In this document: positions 62,966-64,000 of the stretch, piece by piece
Numbering within the stretch: the stretch's first letter is position 1
How the letters are laid out: every line of letters begins with the position of its first letter
Origin: Gracilinanus agilis
Lineage: Eukaryota
NCBI RefSeq assembly: GCF_016433145.1
Contig: NC_058133.1
Span: 514,812,065 to 514,876,064 of the forward strand
Direction of reading: 5' to 3'
Length of the DNA: 64,000 nucleotides
Notes under the pieces: generated by a model
Told to the model about the DNA's origin: nothing
What the model saw: the letters and a program-made list of their open reading frames with translations, nothing else
The model's database searches: none
Position numbers and translations under genes: made by a program

Positions 62966-64000
62966 TTTTGTATTCAAATATTTCTAATGCATATTTAAAC
63001 ACAAAAATTGAATAAAATATTTGCATCAAGGTTAAAACAATATGCTAAACATATTTCTTGGGAATTAGAATAAAATAAAGCCAACAATTAGATCAAATTT
63101 ATTCACTATTGGGAGCATTTAATTATAACATATGATTTTTATAATCTCCCCAAAGAAAAATCTTATGGCACAATATAATATTTGAGCATGTCAAAAATAT
63201 AAAAATCCTTGGAATAAAAGGACCATTTTTTAGTATGCTCAGAATTATTTATAAAACCAAAAACCAGCCTAATTTTTATTAGAAAAACATTAGAAATGTT
63301 TTAAGTAAAATCTAGGATAAAACAAGGAAGAGCATTTTCACTAACATTTACTGGCATATTATAATTGTTACCTACAGCCAATATGGAAAGATAAAAGTAA
63401 TCGAAAAAATATGTACAAAGATAAAACAACCCCAGAGATCTAAAAAATAGCTTCACTAACTTAACAAAATGCAATATAAATCTATAGAAATGAACAACTT
63501 TTATATATTTTACTAAGTAAAACACCAGAATCAAGTGACAAAAATGAAGACCACCCAAAATAATCCTAAGATCAAAGTGCTTACCTGAGAATACATAAGA
63601 ATGATATTATGAGCAAATTAATATTTTTTAATTACAGAGATATTCACTCTTTATTGTCAAAGGTTTATCAATTTGGTTTTAAAAAATAATGTTACCTGAA
63701 TAAATTTAGAGGCTTAATATTATCCCAATCAAGGTGCCATGGGTGTCTTTGATAGAATTAATTAAAATGATAAAAAAAATAATTTTCAGGAACAAAATTT
63801 CTCACTTACAAAGTCAACAATGAAAAAAAAGAAAGAATGCGATATCTTGTAGTACCCGATCTCATACTGCATATAAAGTTGTAGTCACTAAAACTATTTG
63901 GTAGTGGTTAAAAATATATAGAAAAATAGAATGATGGACTAGGCAAGGTAGTTATAAAACCCCTTAAATATCATAATGTTTGATAAACTCAAGAAGACAA

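Overview
This is a eukaryotic, AT-rich, CpG-depleted, repeat-dense window. The SINE, L1 and hAT content points to a didelphid marsupial (opossum-like); this is inferred from repeat families, not confirmed. It contains part of a bitter taste receptor (TAS2R) cluster, with every copy on the minus strand. Four intronless ORFs are intact (264-1265, 7581-8549, 22116-23054, 53138-54070). Two pseudogenes are clear (~29090-29983 and 35871-37031), one is probable and heavily decayed (~20640-22095), and there are weaker relics. The remainder is L1 fragments, L2/MIR-type and marsupial tRNA-derived SINEs, RTE-related SINE-like elements, five hAT MITEs with TIRs and 8-bp TSDs, several LTR/ERV remnants, and microsatellites. 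I found no RNA genes, no CRISPR array and no new enzymatic system. The most unusual signals are: a 175-bp TAS2R pseudogene segment copied into an L1 2.2 kb away that preserves an earlier state of decay; TAS2R relics packed ~20-50 bp behind stop codons; a ~200-bp upstream block shared by diverged paralogs; and repeated retrotransposon re-targeting of identical sites. All alignments and translations outside the supplied ORF track were done by eye.
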